Positions 41,011 through 50,658 of a stretch of 64,000 nt of DNA are shown piece after piece. Position 1 is the first letter of the stretch. Each line of letters starts with the position of its first letter. The notes beneath the pieces were generated by a model. It was not told the origin of the DNA, made no database searches, and worked only from the letters and a program-made list of their open reading frames with translations. The DNA is taken from positions 1-64,000 of the forward strand of contig JBLNDL010000067.1 of NCBI GenBank assembly GCA_050261575.1, given 5' to 3'. Both the position numbers and the translations under genes were made by a program. This DNA comes from Sphingomonadaceae bacterium (lineage in GTDB: Bacteria; Chloroflexota; UBA6077).

Positions 41011-41027
41011 AGGCTTCGCGGAGCGAC

Positions 41028-42134
41028 ATGCGCATAGCCATCGACGCAAGACTGGTATCCTACGCCCAGGGCGGCATCAGCCAGTACACCATCAGGCTGG
41101 TGCACGCCCTAGCCGCGCTGCGAACAGGCGACGAGATCTTGCTGCTGGAGAGCCGCAAGCCCCGCCTGGACGCTTCGTGGCCAGCCTCCGTGAAGCGATC
41201 GCGGCTGTTCACCCCTCCCCACAACCGCTACGAGTCGCTGGCACTGCCCGTCGAGCTGCTCCGGCATCCGATGGACCTGCTCCACAGCCCGGACTTCATT
41301 CCTCCCTTCCACCGCCGGTGCCGCTCGGTGATCACCATCCACGACCTGGCCTTCCTGCGCTACCCCCACCTGCTCACCCCCGAGAGCACTCGCTACTATG
41401 GCCAGGTAGCGCGAGCCGTCCACAGCGCCGACCAGGTGATCGCCGTGTCCGACTCGACCCGGCGAGACGTCCTGGAGCTACTATCCGCAGACCCCGACAA
41501 GGTCACGGTGGTGCACTCGGGGGTGTCCCCCGAGGGCCGGCCGCTCGCTCCTACGGAGACGGAGACGCACCGAGCACGGCTCGGCCTGCCTGAGCGTTTC
41601 ATCCTCTTCGTGGGCACCCTGGAGCCCCGCAAGAACCTGCCCACCCTCCTCAAAGCCTTCGCGCGAGTACGGAGGGCGCACCCCGTATCCCTGGTAGTGG
41701 TCGGAGGCAGGGGATGGCTCTGCGATGAAGTGTTCCGCACCCTGGAGGACCTGAGGCTGGGGGACGAGGTGAGACTCGTGGGGGCTGTGCCGGCGCGAGA
41801 ACTGGTATACTATTATGGCTGCGCTACCTGCCTAGTCCTCCCTTCCCTCTACGAAGGCTTCGGCCACCCCGTTCTGGAAGCCATGGCCTGCGGGACCCCG
41901 GTGGTTGCCTCCAACGTGTCCTCGCTGCCCGAGGTCGTCGGGGAAGCCGGTTTGCTGGTGGACCCAGAGGATGTGGAAGGGCTGGCAGCCTCCCTGGGAA
42001 GACTGCTCGCCGACGGGAACCTGAGACAACGGCTGATCCATCAGGGACTCGAGCGGGCACGGGGCTTCTCCTGGGAGAAGACGGCTCGGGAAACCCTGGC
42101 CGTGTACCATAGAGCTGTCCGAGGAGGCCGATGA
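41028..42134 (+). CDS. GT4 glycosyltransferase (mannosyltransferase-like)
   Basis: MRIAIDAR; TIHDL; VGTLEPRKN; PSLYEGFGHPVLEAMACG. Confidence 0.92.
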   Translation: MRIAIDARLVSYAQGGISQYTIRLVHALAALRTGDEILLLESRKPRLDASWPASVKRSRLFTPPHNRYESLALPVELLRHPMDLLHSPDFIPPFHRRCRSVITIHDLAFLRYPHLLTPESTRYYGQVARAVHSADQVIAVSDSTRRDVLELLSADPDKVTVVHSGVSPEGRPLAPTETETHRARLGLPERFILFVGTLEPRKNLPTLLKAFARVRRAHPVSLVVVGGRGWLCDEVFRTLEDLRLGDEVRLVGAVPARELVYYYGCATCLVLPSLYEGFGHPVLEAMACGTPVVASNVSSLPEVVGEAGLLVDPEDVEGLAASLGRLLADGNLRQRLIHQGLERARGFSWEKTARETLAVYHRAVRGGR

Positions 42135-43393
42135 GAATCCTCTTTCTCACCCCCCAACTGCCCTTCCCACCCCATCAGGGCACGCAGATCCGCAACTACC
42201 ACCTCTTGCGTGCGGCGGCCGCGGCGCACCAGGTGGACTTGATCTCTTTCTGCCGAGAGGGTGAGAGCCTGGCAAAGGCACAGCCCCTATTGGAGCTGTG
42301 CGGACAGACTAAGTTGGTTCCGGCGCCACCACCCCGCGGTCGCGCTGCTCGGGGCAGAGGCATGCTCACGTCCCTCCTCCCCGACCTGGCCCACCGCCTC
42401 CGGTCGGAAGTGTTCGCCGCCGCGCTTCGTTCGGTTGCCGCCGGAAACCGCTACGACGTCATCCACGTGGCCGGACTCGAGATGGCCGGCTACATCCCTA
42501 CAGCCAGAGAGGCCGCACCACGAGCTTACGTCGTCTTCGACGACCACAACGCCGAGTACCGGCTCCAGGCGCGAGCGGCCGCGGTGGACGCCGGCCGGAT
42601 GGCATCCTGGCCCAGGGCCGCCTACTCGCTGGTGCAGTCGAGACGGCTGCGGCGGTACGAAGGCTGGGCCTGCCAGCAGTCCGACGCGGTCCTCGCCGTT
42701 TCAGAGTCCGACGCCGCCGCCCTGGAGATGCTGGGGACCCGCCTCCGGATCCAGGTTGTCCCCAACGGTGTGGACACGGACTACTACCGCCCGACGTCCG
42801 ACGGGCAGAGGGATCCATTTGGACTCCTGTTCACGGGCACCATGGACTACCGGCCGAACGTGGATGCCATGCGCTGGTTCGTCACAGATGTCCTGCCCCT
42901 CGTCACCGCACAGCAACCCGAGGCCCGCCTGCAGATCGTGGGAAGGTCCCCCGACCCCACGATGACACGCCTGGCGTCCGCCGTCGGCAACGTGGAGGTA
43001 ACCGGGGCGGTCGCGGACGTCCGCCCCTACTTCTCCCGCAACAGCGTGTTCGTGGTCCCCATTCGAATGGCGGGAGGGGCAAGGCTGAAGATCCTCGAAG
43101 CCCTGGCGATGGGGCTGCCTATCGTCACCACACGGCTCGGTGCCGAGGGCATCGCCCTGGCGGAGGGCAAGGAGATGCTGCCGGCCGACAGCGCGGAGGA
43201 GTTCGCGGCCGCCGTCGTCCGGCTCCTGGCCGATCGGGAGCTGCGAGAGCAGATGTCTGCCCTGGGGAGGCAGGCAGCCGAGGATAGGTTCGGCTGGGAC
43301 AGGGCGGCTCCACGCTTGCTGGAGGCATACGAGAACTCGGAGAGGAGGAGGCGCGCGGACGCGGGTCGGGCAGATACGGAGGGGCAATCGTGA
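42131..43393 (+). CDS. GT4 glycosyltransferase
   Basis: PFPPHQG; FTGTMDYRPNVDA; GARLKILEALAMG. Confidence 0.9.
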   Translation: MRILFLTPQLPFPPHQGTQIRNYHLLRAAAAAHQVDLISFCREGESLAKAQPLLELCGQTKLVPAPPPRGRAARGRGMLTSLLPDLAHRLRSEVFAAALRSVAAGNRYDVIHVAGLEMAGYIPTAREAAPRAYVVFDDHNAEYRLQARAAAVDAGRMASWPRAAYSLVQSRRLRRYEGWACQQSDAVLAVSESDAAALEMLGTRLRIQVVPNGVDTDYYRPTSDGQRDPFGLLFTGTMDYRPNVDAMRWFVTDVLPLVTAQQPEARLQIVGRSPDPTMTRLASAVGNVEVTGAVADVRPYFSRNSVFVVPIRMAGGARLKILEALAMGLPIVTTRLGAEGIALAEGKEMLPADSAEEFAAAVVRLLADRELREQMSALGRQAAEDRFGWDRAAPRLLEAYENSERRRRADAGRADTEGQS

Positions 43394-43683
43394 TAATCGG
43401 CGCCGCCCGCGTGGTGCTCCATCTGCCAGAGGCGCACTCCCTGAAAGAGAAGCGCCACGTGGTGAAATCGATCATCGCCCGGGCGCACAACCAGTTCAAC
43501 GTCTCGGCCGCCGAGATCGAGGACCAGGACCTGTGGCAGAGGGCCGTCCTCGGCTTCGCGGTCGTAACCAACGACGGCCACCACGCGAACGAGGTCATCT
43601 CCAGCGTGGTGAACTTCGTCGAAAGCGCCACACCGCAGGCGGAAATGACCGATTACCAGATCGACATCACACCAGTGCTGTGA
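43390..43683 (+). CDS. DUF503 (YlxP-like) protein
   Basis: HSLKEKRHVVKS...FNVSAAEIEDQDLWQRA. Confidence 0.88.
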   Translation: MIIGAARVVLHLPEAHSLKEKRHVVKSIIARAHNQFNVSAAEIEDQDLWQRAVLGFAVVTNDGHHANEVISSVVNFVESATPQAEMTDYQIDITPVL

Positions 43684-43782
43684 CACACACAAGGGGAGCG
43701 AAGGGCCTGTAGGCACACCCGTCACACGGGTGATGCACCCCGGCATCACCGGCCCATCAGCATGGGCCGGGCCCGTGTGGTT

Positions 43783-43935
43783 GCGCTCGCTCGCCTCACG
43801 TGCCCGCTCGCGTCGCGCTGGGTGTGCGCCCCCGCTACCCTCACCCGGGCTGGGCGGGCCTGCAGGTCCGCCCAACAACCGCCCGCGGGCTCTGAATCCG
43901 CTGCGCGGCATCATGCATCACGGGTATCAGGGTGC
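43783..43935 (+). repeat. About 150-bp dispersed intergenic repeat, copy 1 (REP/MITE-like)
   Basis: Matches the reverse complement of 58078-58227; internal palindrome gggcgggcctgcaggtccgccc. Confidence 0.85.
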
Positions 43936-43975
43936 GCGACCTCGTGAAGTAGCAGAACCCCGCCCAACGGGGCGC

Positions 43976-43999
43976 GTGCAGGCCGAAGCCTGCGACTAC
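43976..43999 (-). repeat. GTAG-type REP-like palindrome
   Basis: Minus strand reads GTAG-tc-gcaggc-ttcg-gcctgc-ac. Confidence 0.5.
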
Positions 44000-44295
44000 A
44001 CAGGCAGGTGTGTCGGGCGCAGCACGGCGACGTGACGGGTAGACTGGGCCGACCAGGGCTTGCGTCCGGCACCCCCAGCATGTCACTATAGGGTGCCTGG
44101 AAGCTGCAACGTTAGTCCAAGGCGCTCTCGTTGGGCTCCATGGCGATGGAACCAGCGTCATCTCTAATGCCGGCTACCCTATCCGGGCAGCCGTGTTGAG
44201 ACGATCCTGGCTCCCGCGTATCACAGATAGGCCCCTGTGGTGCCCGATTCGCCCCCTGAGCAGGGCGCATCTCCCCCCTTGTGGACTGCCGACCG

Positions 44296-46077
44296 ATGTA
44301 CGACTACTCCTCGAGGCAGAGACTCGCCGAATGCGGCTGCTGGGTGGCCATTCTCCTCCTGCTGGGGATCGTGGCCGGCGGCGTGCTGGCCACCGACCCG
44401 GCGGGGCTCCGCTCCAGACTCGTCGCCGCTATGGGCGACGAGCGCCGCCACGAGATCACCGCATTCGTCTCCAGCCTCACCGCCCGAAAGGTTGACACCG
44501 CGGACATGGTGCCCATCCAGCACGTGGGGGTGAACCCCATTGGGGTCAACACCTTCCTGGAGCAAGAGGCAGAGATCTCCAAGCGCCGGCAGACCTTGCA
44601 GATGATCAAGGATGCCGGAATCGGCTGGATCCGCCAGCAGTTCCCCTGGGAGGATATCGAGCGCCCAAGCAAGGGCATGTACTGGGACGAGAAGTACGGT
44701 TACAGTTCCTGGGACAAGTACGACAACATCGTCGATCTGGCCAACGAGTACGGAATCCAGATGATCGTCCGGCTGGACCTTCCCCCCAAGTGGACGCACC
44801 CCAACAATCAGTGGCCCCACACGCCGCCGGACAACTTCGAGGACTACGGCGACTTCGTCTACAAGGTGGTGAGTCGCTACAAGGGCAAGGTGAAGTACTA
44901 CCAGTTGTGGAACGAGCCCAACCTCTCGACGGAGTGGGGCGGAAAGCCGGTCGACGCCAGGGAATACGTTCGGCTGCTGAAGATCGGCTACCAGCGGGCC
45001 AAGGAGGCAGATCCCAACTGCGTGATCGTCTCGGCGGCCCTCGCACCCACCATCGAGGAGAGCTGGCGAGCGCTGAACGATCAGATCTACCTGCAGCGGA
45101 TGTACGATGCCGGCGCCAAAGACTACTTCGACATCCTCTCGGTCATGGCCTACGGCCTCCGCTCCGGCCCGGACGACCGCCGGCTGACCCTGCAGGACGT
45201 GAACTTCTCACGTCCGCTGCTGATCCGGGAGATCATGGTGAAGAACGGCGATGCGGCGAAGCCCATCTGGGCATCTGAGATGGGCTGGAACGCCCAGCCG
45301 GAGTCGGTGCGGGCAGAGCCGGTCTTCGGCAGGGTGAGCGAGCAGTTGCAGGCGCGCTACACCGTCAGGGCCTTCCAGCGGGCAGCCGAGGAGTGGCCCT
45401 GGATGGGCGTGATGAACATCTGGTTTTTCAAGCGGGCCAGCGACCACGAGAAGGACCAGCCCTTCTACTACTTCCGGATGGTAGAGCCCGACTTCGCCAC
45501 CCACCCCGTGTACGATGCCGTCAAGGAGTACGGGGGCAATCAGCCCACCGTGCACCGGGGCTACTCCCAGGAGAGTCACTGGGCACTCAAGTACGAGGGC
45601 GGCTGGACCGAGGTCAAGGAGCCGCAGGCCAGCCTGGGAGGGATGAGGAGAGCCGACCAGGCCGGAGCATCGATTGAAACCCAGTTCCAGGGCACCGACC
45701 TCACTCTGGTAGTGCCCAAAGGCCCAGGGTTGGGCCGCGCCTACATCGAGATTGATGGCTCCCCCCAGGGAGCCAACCTGCTCCCCAGGGACGAGGCCGG
45801 CAGGGCCTACCTCGAACTCTCCGGCCCCGCACAGCTATGGCAGCAACAGGTCCCCGTCGCTGCTGGGCTGATCACCGGGGTTCACCAACTGAAGGTGACC
45901 GCTGCCAGCGCCTTCGCCCTGGATGGGTTGATCGTGGACGCCCCCACGCCCACCTCGCCGGTCGAGCAGGTCGCCCAAGCGCTGCCCTACCTGGCTGCGG
46001 CGGGGCTACTGATCCTTATGGGGATGGCCATGACCCTCAGGATGCGAAACCGGAACCGTGGGCGGCTGCGGATCTAG
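44296..46077 (+). CDS. Membrane-anchored clan GH-A glycoside hydrolase (GH5/GH39-like)
   Basis: WIRQQFPW; WNEPN acid/base; ASEMGW nucleophile; N- and C-terminal TM segments. Confidence 0.82.
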   Translation: MYDYSSRQRLAECGCWVAILLLLGIVAGGVLATDPAGLRSRLVAAMGDERRHEITAFVSSLTARKVDTADMVPIQHVGVNPIGVNTFLEQEAEISKRRQTLQMIKDAGIGWIRQQFPWEDIERPSKGMYWDEKYGYSSWDKYDNIVDLANEYGIQMIVRLDLPPKWTHPNNQWPHTPPDNFEDYGDFVYKVVSRYKGKVKYYQLWNEPNLSTEWGGKPVDAREYVRLLKIGYQRAKEADPNCVIVSAALAPTIEESWRALNDQIYLQRMYDAGAKDYFDILSVMAYGLRSGPDDRRLTLQDVNFSRPLLIREIMVKNGDAAKPIWASEMGWNAQPESVRAEPVFGRVSEQLQARYTVRAFQRAAEEWPWMGVMNIWFFKRASDHEKDQPFYYFRMVEPDFATHPVYDAVKEYGGNQPTVHRGYSQESHWALKYEGGWTEVKEPQASLGGMRRADQAGASIETQFQGTDLTLVVPKGPGLGRAYIEIDGSPQGANLLPRDEAGRAYLELSGPAQLWQQQVPVAAGLITGVHQLKVTAASAFALDGLIVDAPTPTSPVEQVAQALPYLAAAGLLILMGMAMTLRMRNRNRGRLRI

Positions 46078-46290
46078 ACGCCAGGATCGAGGTCTGAATG
46101 GCGCACCCAGCAAGTGGCAAGACGTAGGGATCCCCATTTCTACCAGCCCATGGCGGCGGGGAACATGCGCCAACCCTCCTCAATCTCCAGGTCATGGCTG
46201 CGGCCCTGCGCCACCCCCACTCGCGTCTGGGCAGATCATCCATCGGTGCAACTGCTCTGGGGAAGGTGGATTCCGATCGGGAATCGGGCC

Positions 46291-46310
46291 CTAGGGAAAA
46301 CCCTAGTCTT
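46291..46310. promoter_or_regulatory. Palindromic box CTAGGG-AAAA-CCCTAG(TCTT), candidate LuxR/ComA-type operator
   Basis: Perfect 6-4-6 palindrome about 90 bp upstream of the peptide ATG; near-identical copy at 52146-52165. Confidence 0.62.
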
Positions 46311-46396
46311 TGAGCCCACGCCAGGAGAAACGCTGGTACAGAGGGTATACCTGTAGTACGGTAGTCGCACCATACTACTCCGGGGAGGATATCCCC

Positions 46397-46588
46397 ATGA
46401 ACCTGTCAGCCCTTCATGTCGCGGTGCGGGATTCGGTGATTGGCAAGGGGAGGATAGAACCGGCCCTGTCCCGGCAGCTTTCAGAGACGGACCACCGGGC
46501 GATCTGTGGCTTCGAGAAACGGCTCCATCGTGCCGAGGGGCGGGTACAGGGCATCCCTCTTCCTACCGCGCCCACGCTCTGGATGTAG
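46397..46588 (+). CDS. ComX-like pheromone precursor peptide (63 aa, C-terminus ...IPLPTAPTLWM)
   Basis: GGAGG SD before ATG 46397; the only Trp is penultimate; directly upstream of the ComQ-like, ComP-like and ComA-like genes. Confidence 0.72.
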   Translation: MNLSALHVAVRDSVIGKGRIEPALSRQLSETDHRAICGFEKRLHRAEGRVQGIPLPTAPTLWM

Positions 46589-46715
46589 GCCACCGCAGTC
46601 GTTGAGTTCCGCCTGACGCATTCGCCATCGCTTCCCCGACGTCGCGAACCATATCCTCCGCCTGATCACCAAGAGCGCGCCCACCATAGAGCTACAGCAA
46701 CTGCTCATTGGTGTT

Positions 46716-47621
46716 ATGCGGCGGAGGGGACGTGTGCTCTGCCCGCGCGGGTCTACAAAGTGGCCCGCCTACGTGAGGGAAACAGCCTATGCCTTCGGTG
46801 GTGAGGGCGATGAGTGGATCACGGCCGCAGCCGCCGTGGAACTCGCGGTAGCTGCCATCGATGTCGTCGACGACCTGATCGACGGAGAGTGGGATGGCGA
46901 GGGCATAACCCAGGGTCGTGCCTCCAATGCCAGCCAGGCTCTCAGCTGGCTTGCCCAGAGGGCAATCCTGGATGAGGCTCCGAGCATCGGTGTGGGCCGC
47001 ACCCTGTTGTTATCCAGACTTCTGCTCACAGGCGCCTTCGACTGCTGCGGCGGACAGGATCTCGACCTGTTGATGGAGACAAACGCCGATGTCACCGAGG
47101 AGGCCGCACACGAGATGACGCTGTTGAAGTCGGGATCACTGGTGGCTATGGCATGCCAGATAGGCACGGGACTCGCCACTGATGATGCCGAGGTTCTCTC
47201 CCGTGTGGAGGCATTCGGAAAGCACGTCGGCGTAATCGAGCAACTCCTGAACGACATTTATGATGTCGCCACGGCCGGATCAGGCGGCAAGAGCGATCTG
47301 AAACGAGGCAAGAGAACCATTCCCATTGCCTACGCTCTTCGATGCGCGCGAGATGAAGGACTCGAGGAATTGGTCACCTTGCTACGGCAGGGCCCTCAGC
47401 TGACCACTGAGCAGGAGCGCTGCTTGTCGAGAACGATCGCTGGTCTTGGCGGTCTTCAGTACTCCGTCGTGGTCGCAGACGTTCACAGAAAGACCGCACT
47501 CGACATCGTGGACGAGCTGATTCAACTGACAGCCATTGAAAGAGTATCACATCTGAGGCGCCTCGTCCCCGCGTTAGGAAGTAGCTCCAGAGGTGGTTTG
47601 CATGCTGCGGCGACAGCCTGA
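46716..47621 (+). CDS. ComQ-like peptide tryptophan prenyltransferase (isoprenyl diphosphate synthase fold)
   Basis: FARM VELAVAAIDVVDDLID; GQDLDL; KSGSLVAMAC; degenerate second motif QLLNDIYD...KSDLKRGK. The frame is open upstream to 46617, so the start is uncertain. Confidence 0.78.
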   Translation: MRRRGRVLCPRGSTKWPAYVRETAYAFGGEGDEWITAAAAVELAVAAIDVVDDLIDGEWDGEGITQGRASNASQALSWLAQRAILDEAPSIGVGRTLLLSRLLLTGAFDCCGGQDLDLLMETNADVTEEAAHEMTLLKSGSLVAMACQIGTGLATDDAEVLSRVEAFGKHVGVIEQLLNDIYDVATAGSGGKSDLKRGKRTIPIAYALRCARDEGLEELVTLLRQGPQLTTEQERCLSRTIAGLGGLQYSVVVADVHRKTALDIVDELIQLTAIERVSHLRRLVPALGSSSRGGLHAAATA

Positions 47622-49982
47622 CATGCCATGGTGGACCACCATACCCAAGGAACCAAGACGGTGGATAGTAGCCGCCGCTGTAACAGTCGGGGTATTGGTG
47701 CTGCTTGAGGTTGCATATCAGGAGGTGCGACTCACTCCCGCCTTAGGCATAGATGCAGAGATCCAGCGTGACCAACTCGTTGTCACGAGAGTGCCCCTCG
47801 GTGGTGCTGCCTGGGACGCCGGGGTGCGGCCGATGGACGTGGTGGTCTCGGTGGATGCCCGAGCAGCAGCTCTCCCCGGTTTCGAACCAGGGAAGCTTAC
47901 TGACGTGGTCGTGGTACAGAGGGGATCGGGTAAGAGCATCACGGTGTCAGCAGCAGCTGCGGAAAAGGTCTACCGGCCACTCCGACCGACGTTCATTGCA
48001 GTAGCTATGGGGTTTCTGGTAACGGCCATTGCAGTGTTCGTCTTGACAGCGGATGCCGCTGCTGGACAGGTGTTTCTCGCCCTGGGGACATCATGTGCCA
48101 CCATGCTCATTGCCGCCCTGGCTGGACCGTACGGTTCGGCCTGGCCCATGGCCGTGGTTGCCATGTCGCTGGTAGTCCTTGGCGCATCGCTCCTACTGCT
48201 GACGCTGACCTTTCCGGTCAATCGGTCAGGTAGTGGATGGGGCCGAGGAATCGCCAAAGTGGTCGTGCTGGTGAGCCTTCTGCTCGTGCTTGACTCTACG
48301 CTCGGACTCTCATCTTCACTCCAGAGGACTACTCGGTTCAGCAGCGCATATTCACCGTCGTCGCTCTAGAAGGAGTGTGGGCCATAGGCGCCGTTGTCCT
48401 GGCCTGGACTCGGCTGCATAACCTCACTCGAGAATCACGCCGAAGCATCATGCTGCTGAGCCTTGGGATGACGGGTGGCTTGGGGCCCTTCCTGCTGTTC
48501 TCGATGCTGCCCAAGGCGATGGGACAGGAGTACTTGGTCGCCCCAGAGCTAGCCATTGTCACGGTGGTGCTCTTTCCGATCAGTGTTGCCGGGGCCTTGC
48601 TGAGCCGTGAATTCCTGGGAATACGACGGTTCCTCCGGCGCAGTCTTGTGGCGTTTGGCGCGTGGATCGGTCTCTTCTCCCTGTACGCTCTTGGCGTCAA
48701 CCTGGCACGAGGCGTCATGCCGGATGCTGGCGATGGTCTGGGAGTAGTCGCCCATTCCGCAGTACTCACAGTTGCCATTGTAGGGGCAACCTTCCACCCG
48801 GCCCAGGATCGGCTGAGGCGGTTTCTCGAAAGACGGCTCTTCCCCGACACCTACGATGTGGACAAGGAGTTTCACTCCGTCGCTGACGAGATCGTGGGAC
48901 TCACGGATGTAGACCAGATGGCAAGCCTCCTGCTCGAGCGGCTGAGCCGCGCCCTCTGCCTCTCTTGGGCAACGATTACTGTATACGACGAGGCGCTCGG
49001 CAGTCTTCGATACGATTGGGGCGTTCAGCCCGATAGGCTTCAGGCACCTCCAGACACCGAGTCTCGGTTCAGCGACTTGCCCGAGTTCATCAGCGTGAAC
49101 AGTGAGTTTGATGCCGTCGCAATCCCATTGGTGGCCAACGGAACGAGAATGGGCATTGTGATGCTTGGGGCCAAGGTGGAGGAGGCCGAGCCTCTATCGG
49201 CAGACGTCAAGTTCCTCCAATTGCTGATGCCTCTGGCGGCTACCGCGCTGGAGAATGGACTGCTTGTGCGTCGGCTGGAAGTGCAGATGAAGGCCCTGGC
49301 CGACAGGGAACGGGCCCTACGGGCCCTCAGCCGGCGGTTGATCGATGCTGCCGAAGATGAAAGAAGGCGGGTAGCCCTGGACCTTCACGACGATCCTCTA
49401 CAGCGGGCCATCCTCCTGTCGCAAGAGATGCGAGAGGCACCAGCCACCGTGGGCGTCGCTGATTGGATCAGACAGATCGATGAGATAGGCGTCTCTCTGC
49501 GAGCCACCTGCCAACATCTCCGTCCGGCTGCCTTGGACGAGCTAGGGCTGGTGGGGGCCATGGAGCGACTGGTTAGCGACAGCAGAGCGCGTACCGAGGC
49601 GGAGGTTGCGTTGCTGGTTCAGGATGACCAACAATGGGTCTTCGACTCGCTTGATCCTGCTCTCAAAGTCGCCGTCTACCGTGTGACCCAGGAGGCCCTC
49701 TCTAACTGCCATAGACATGCCGACGCAACACACATCCTGGTGAAGCTGGCTGTCCTGGAAAACCGCCTCCTCCTAGAGGTAATTGACAACGGTCGGGGCT
49801 ATGAGGAGCGCCCTTCCTCGACGTCGGACCTGAACCTTGGTATCCTTGGGATGAGAGAAAGGCTTCGGCCCTGGAATGGGGTACTGAGAATAGAGCGTCG
49901 CGCGACGGGCGGCACGGTCTTGACCGCGGAGGTTGTCCTAGACCCCGTGGCGGAGGAGATGGCAAATGCCGAAGCCTGCTGA
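47602..49982 (+). pseudogene. ComP-like sensor kinase (TM-PDZ-multiTM-GAF-like-HisKA_3-HATPase) split by a 1-nt frameshift near 48292
   Basis: ORF 47602..48369 has a PDZ-like LGIDAE...GGAAWDAGVRPMDVVVSVD plus TMs. The -1 frame from 48294 runs on into 48375..49982 with ERRRVALDLHDDPLQ, YRVTQEALSNCHRHA, DNGRG, LGILGMRER. Confidence 0.8.
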
Positions 49983-50610
49983 GACACGTCCGGTACGGGT
50001 TGTCCTGGTCGACGATCACCCCCTGCTGCGAGAAGTTACGCACTCACGCCTGGGGCGAGCGTGCGGGATCGAGGTGGTTGGAGCCGTCGGTGAAGGCAGA
50101 GCGGCTATCGAGTTGGTGACAGCGGAACGACCCGACATCTTGCTCTTGGACATCCATCTGCCGGACATCAACGGCATTGCCGTTGCGCGCCAGGTGAGAG
50201 CCTCCTGCCCGGACACGGCGATACTGATCTTGACCGGCCTCGACGACCCGACGTACTTCCATGCGCTGCTACCGCTAGGCATCCGTGGCTACCTCAGCAA
50301 GTCGATTCCCAGCGAGGAGCTCGTAGAAGCCATCAAGGCTATCGCCGCCGGGCAGACGCTAATACGCCCGACCACAGTTCCGATAGATTGCCACGGGTTG
50401 GCGGAGATCCTCACGGAGCGGGAAATGCACGTTCTGAAGCTGCTGGCCCAGGGTCAGCGAAACGTGGAGATAGCGGAGAGGATGGTGGTCTCAGTCAAGA
50501 CTGTCGAGTTTCACGTCAGCAATATCCTCTCAAAGCTGCGAGCGCGGTCTCGGACGGAGGCGATCGTCAGGGCTCAGGAGGCAGGCATCTTGGCTGCACA
50601 GGGCTGGTGA
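49966..50610 (+). CDS. NarL/LuxR-family response regulator (ComA-like position)
   Basis: VVLVDDH, LLLDIHLPD, LTEREMHVL...SVKTVEFHVSNILSKL. Confidence 0.93.
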   Translation: MPKPAETRPVRVVLVDDHPLLREVTHSRLGRACGIEVVGAVGEGRAAIELVTAERPDILLLDIHLPDINGIAVARQVRASCPDTAILILTGLDDPTYFHALLPLGIRGYLSKSIPSEELVEAIKAIAAGQTLIRPTTVPIDCHGLAEILTEREMHVLKLLAQGQRNVEIAERMVVSVKTVEFHVSNILSKLRARSRTEAIVRAQEAGILAAQGW

Positions 50611-50658
50611 GCGCACAATTGTCCAGGCAAAGGCAGATCTGAATACCGACAGGATCTC

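Noticed and set aside
43730..44161. Short ORFs with similar translations here and at 57853..58365
   Set aside because: The similarity comes from the non-coding dispersed repeat; there are no SD sequences or protein-like composition.
46614..46616. Selenocysteine readthrough of the in-frame TGA
   Set aside because: The position is at the extreme N-terminus with no redox context, and I see no convincing SECIS-like hairpin.
46716..47621. Ordinary polyprenyl diphosphate synthase
   Set aside because: It lacks the RRG motif after the first DDxxD and has NDxxD as the second motif. Its position between a Trp-terminal peptide and a ComP-like kinase favours a ComQ-type enzyme.
48286..48300. Programmed ribosomal frameshift or phase-variable tract in the kinase
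   Set aside because: No slippery heptamer or homopolymer run is visible at the junction.
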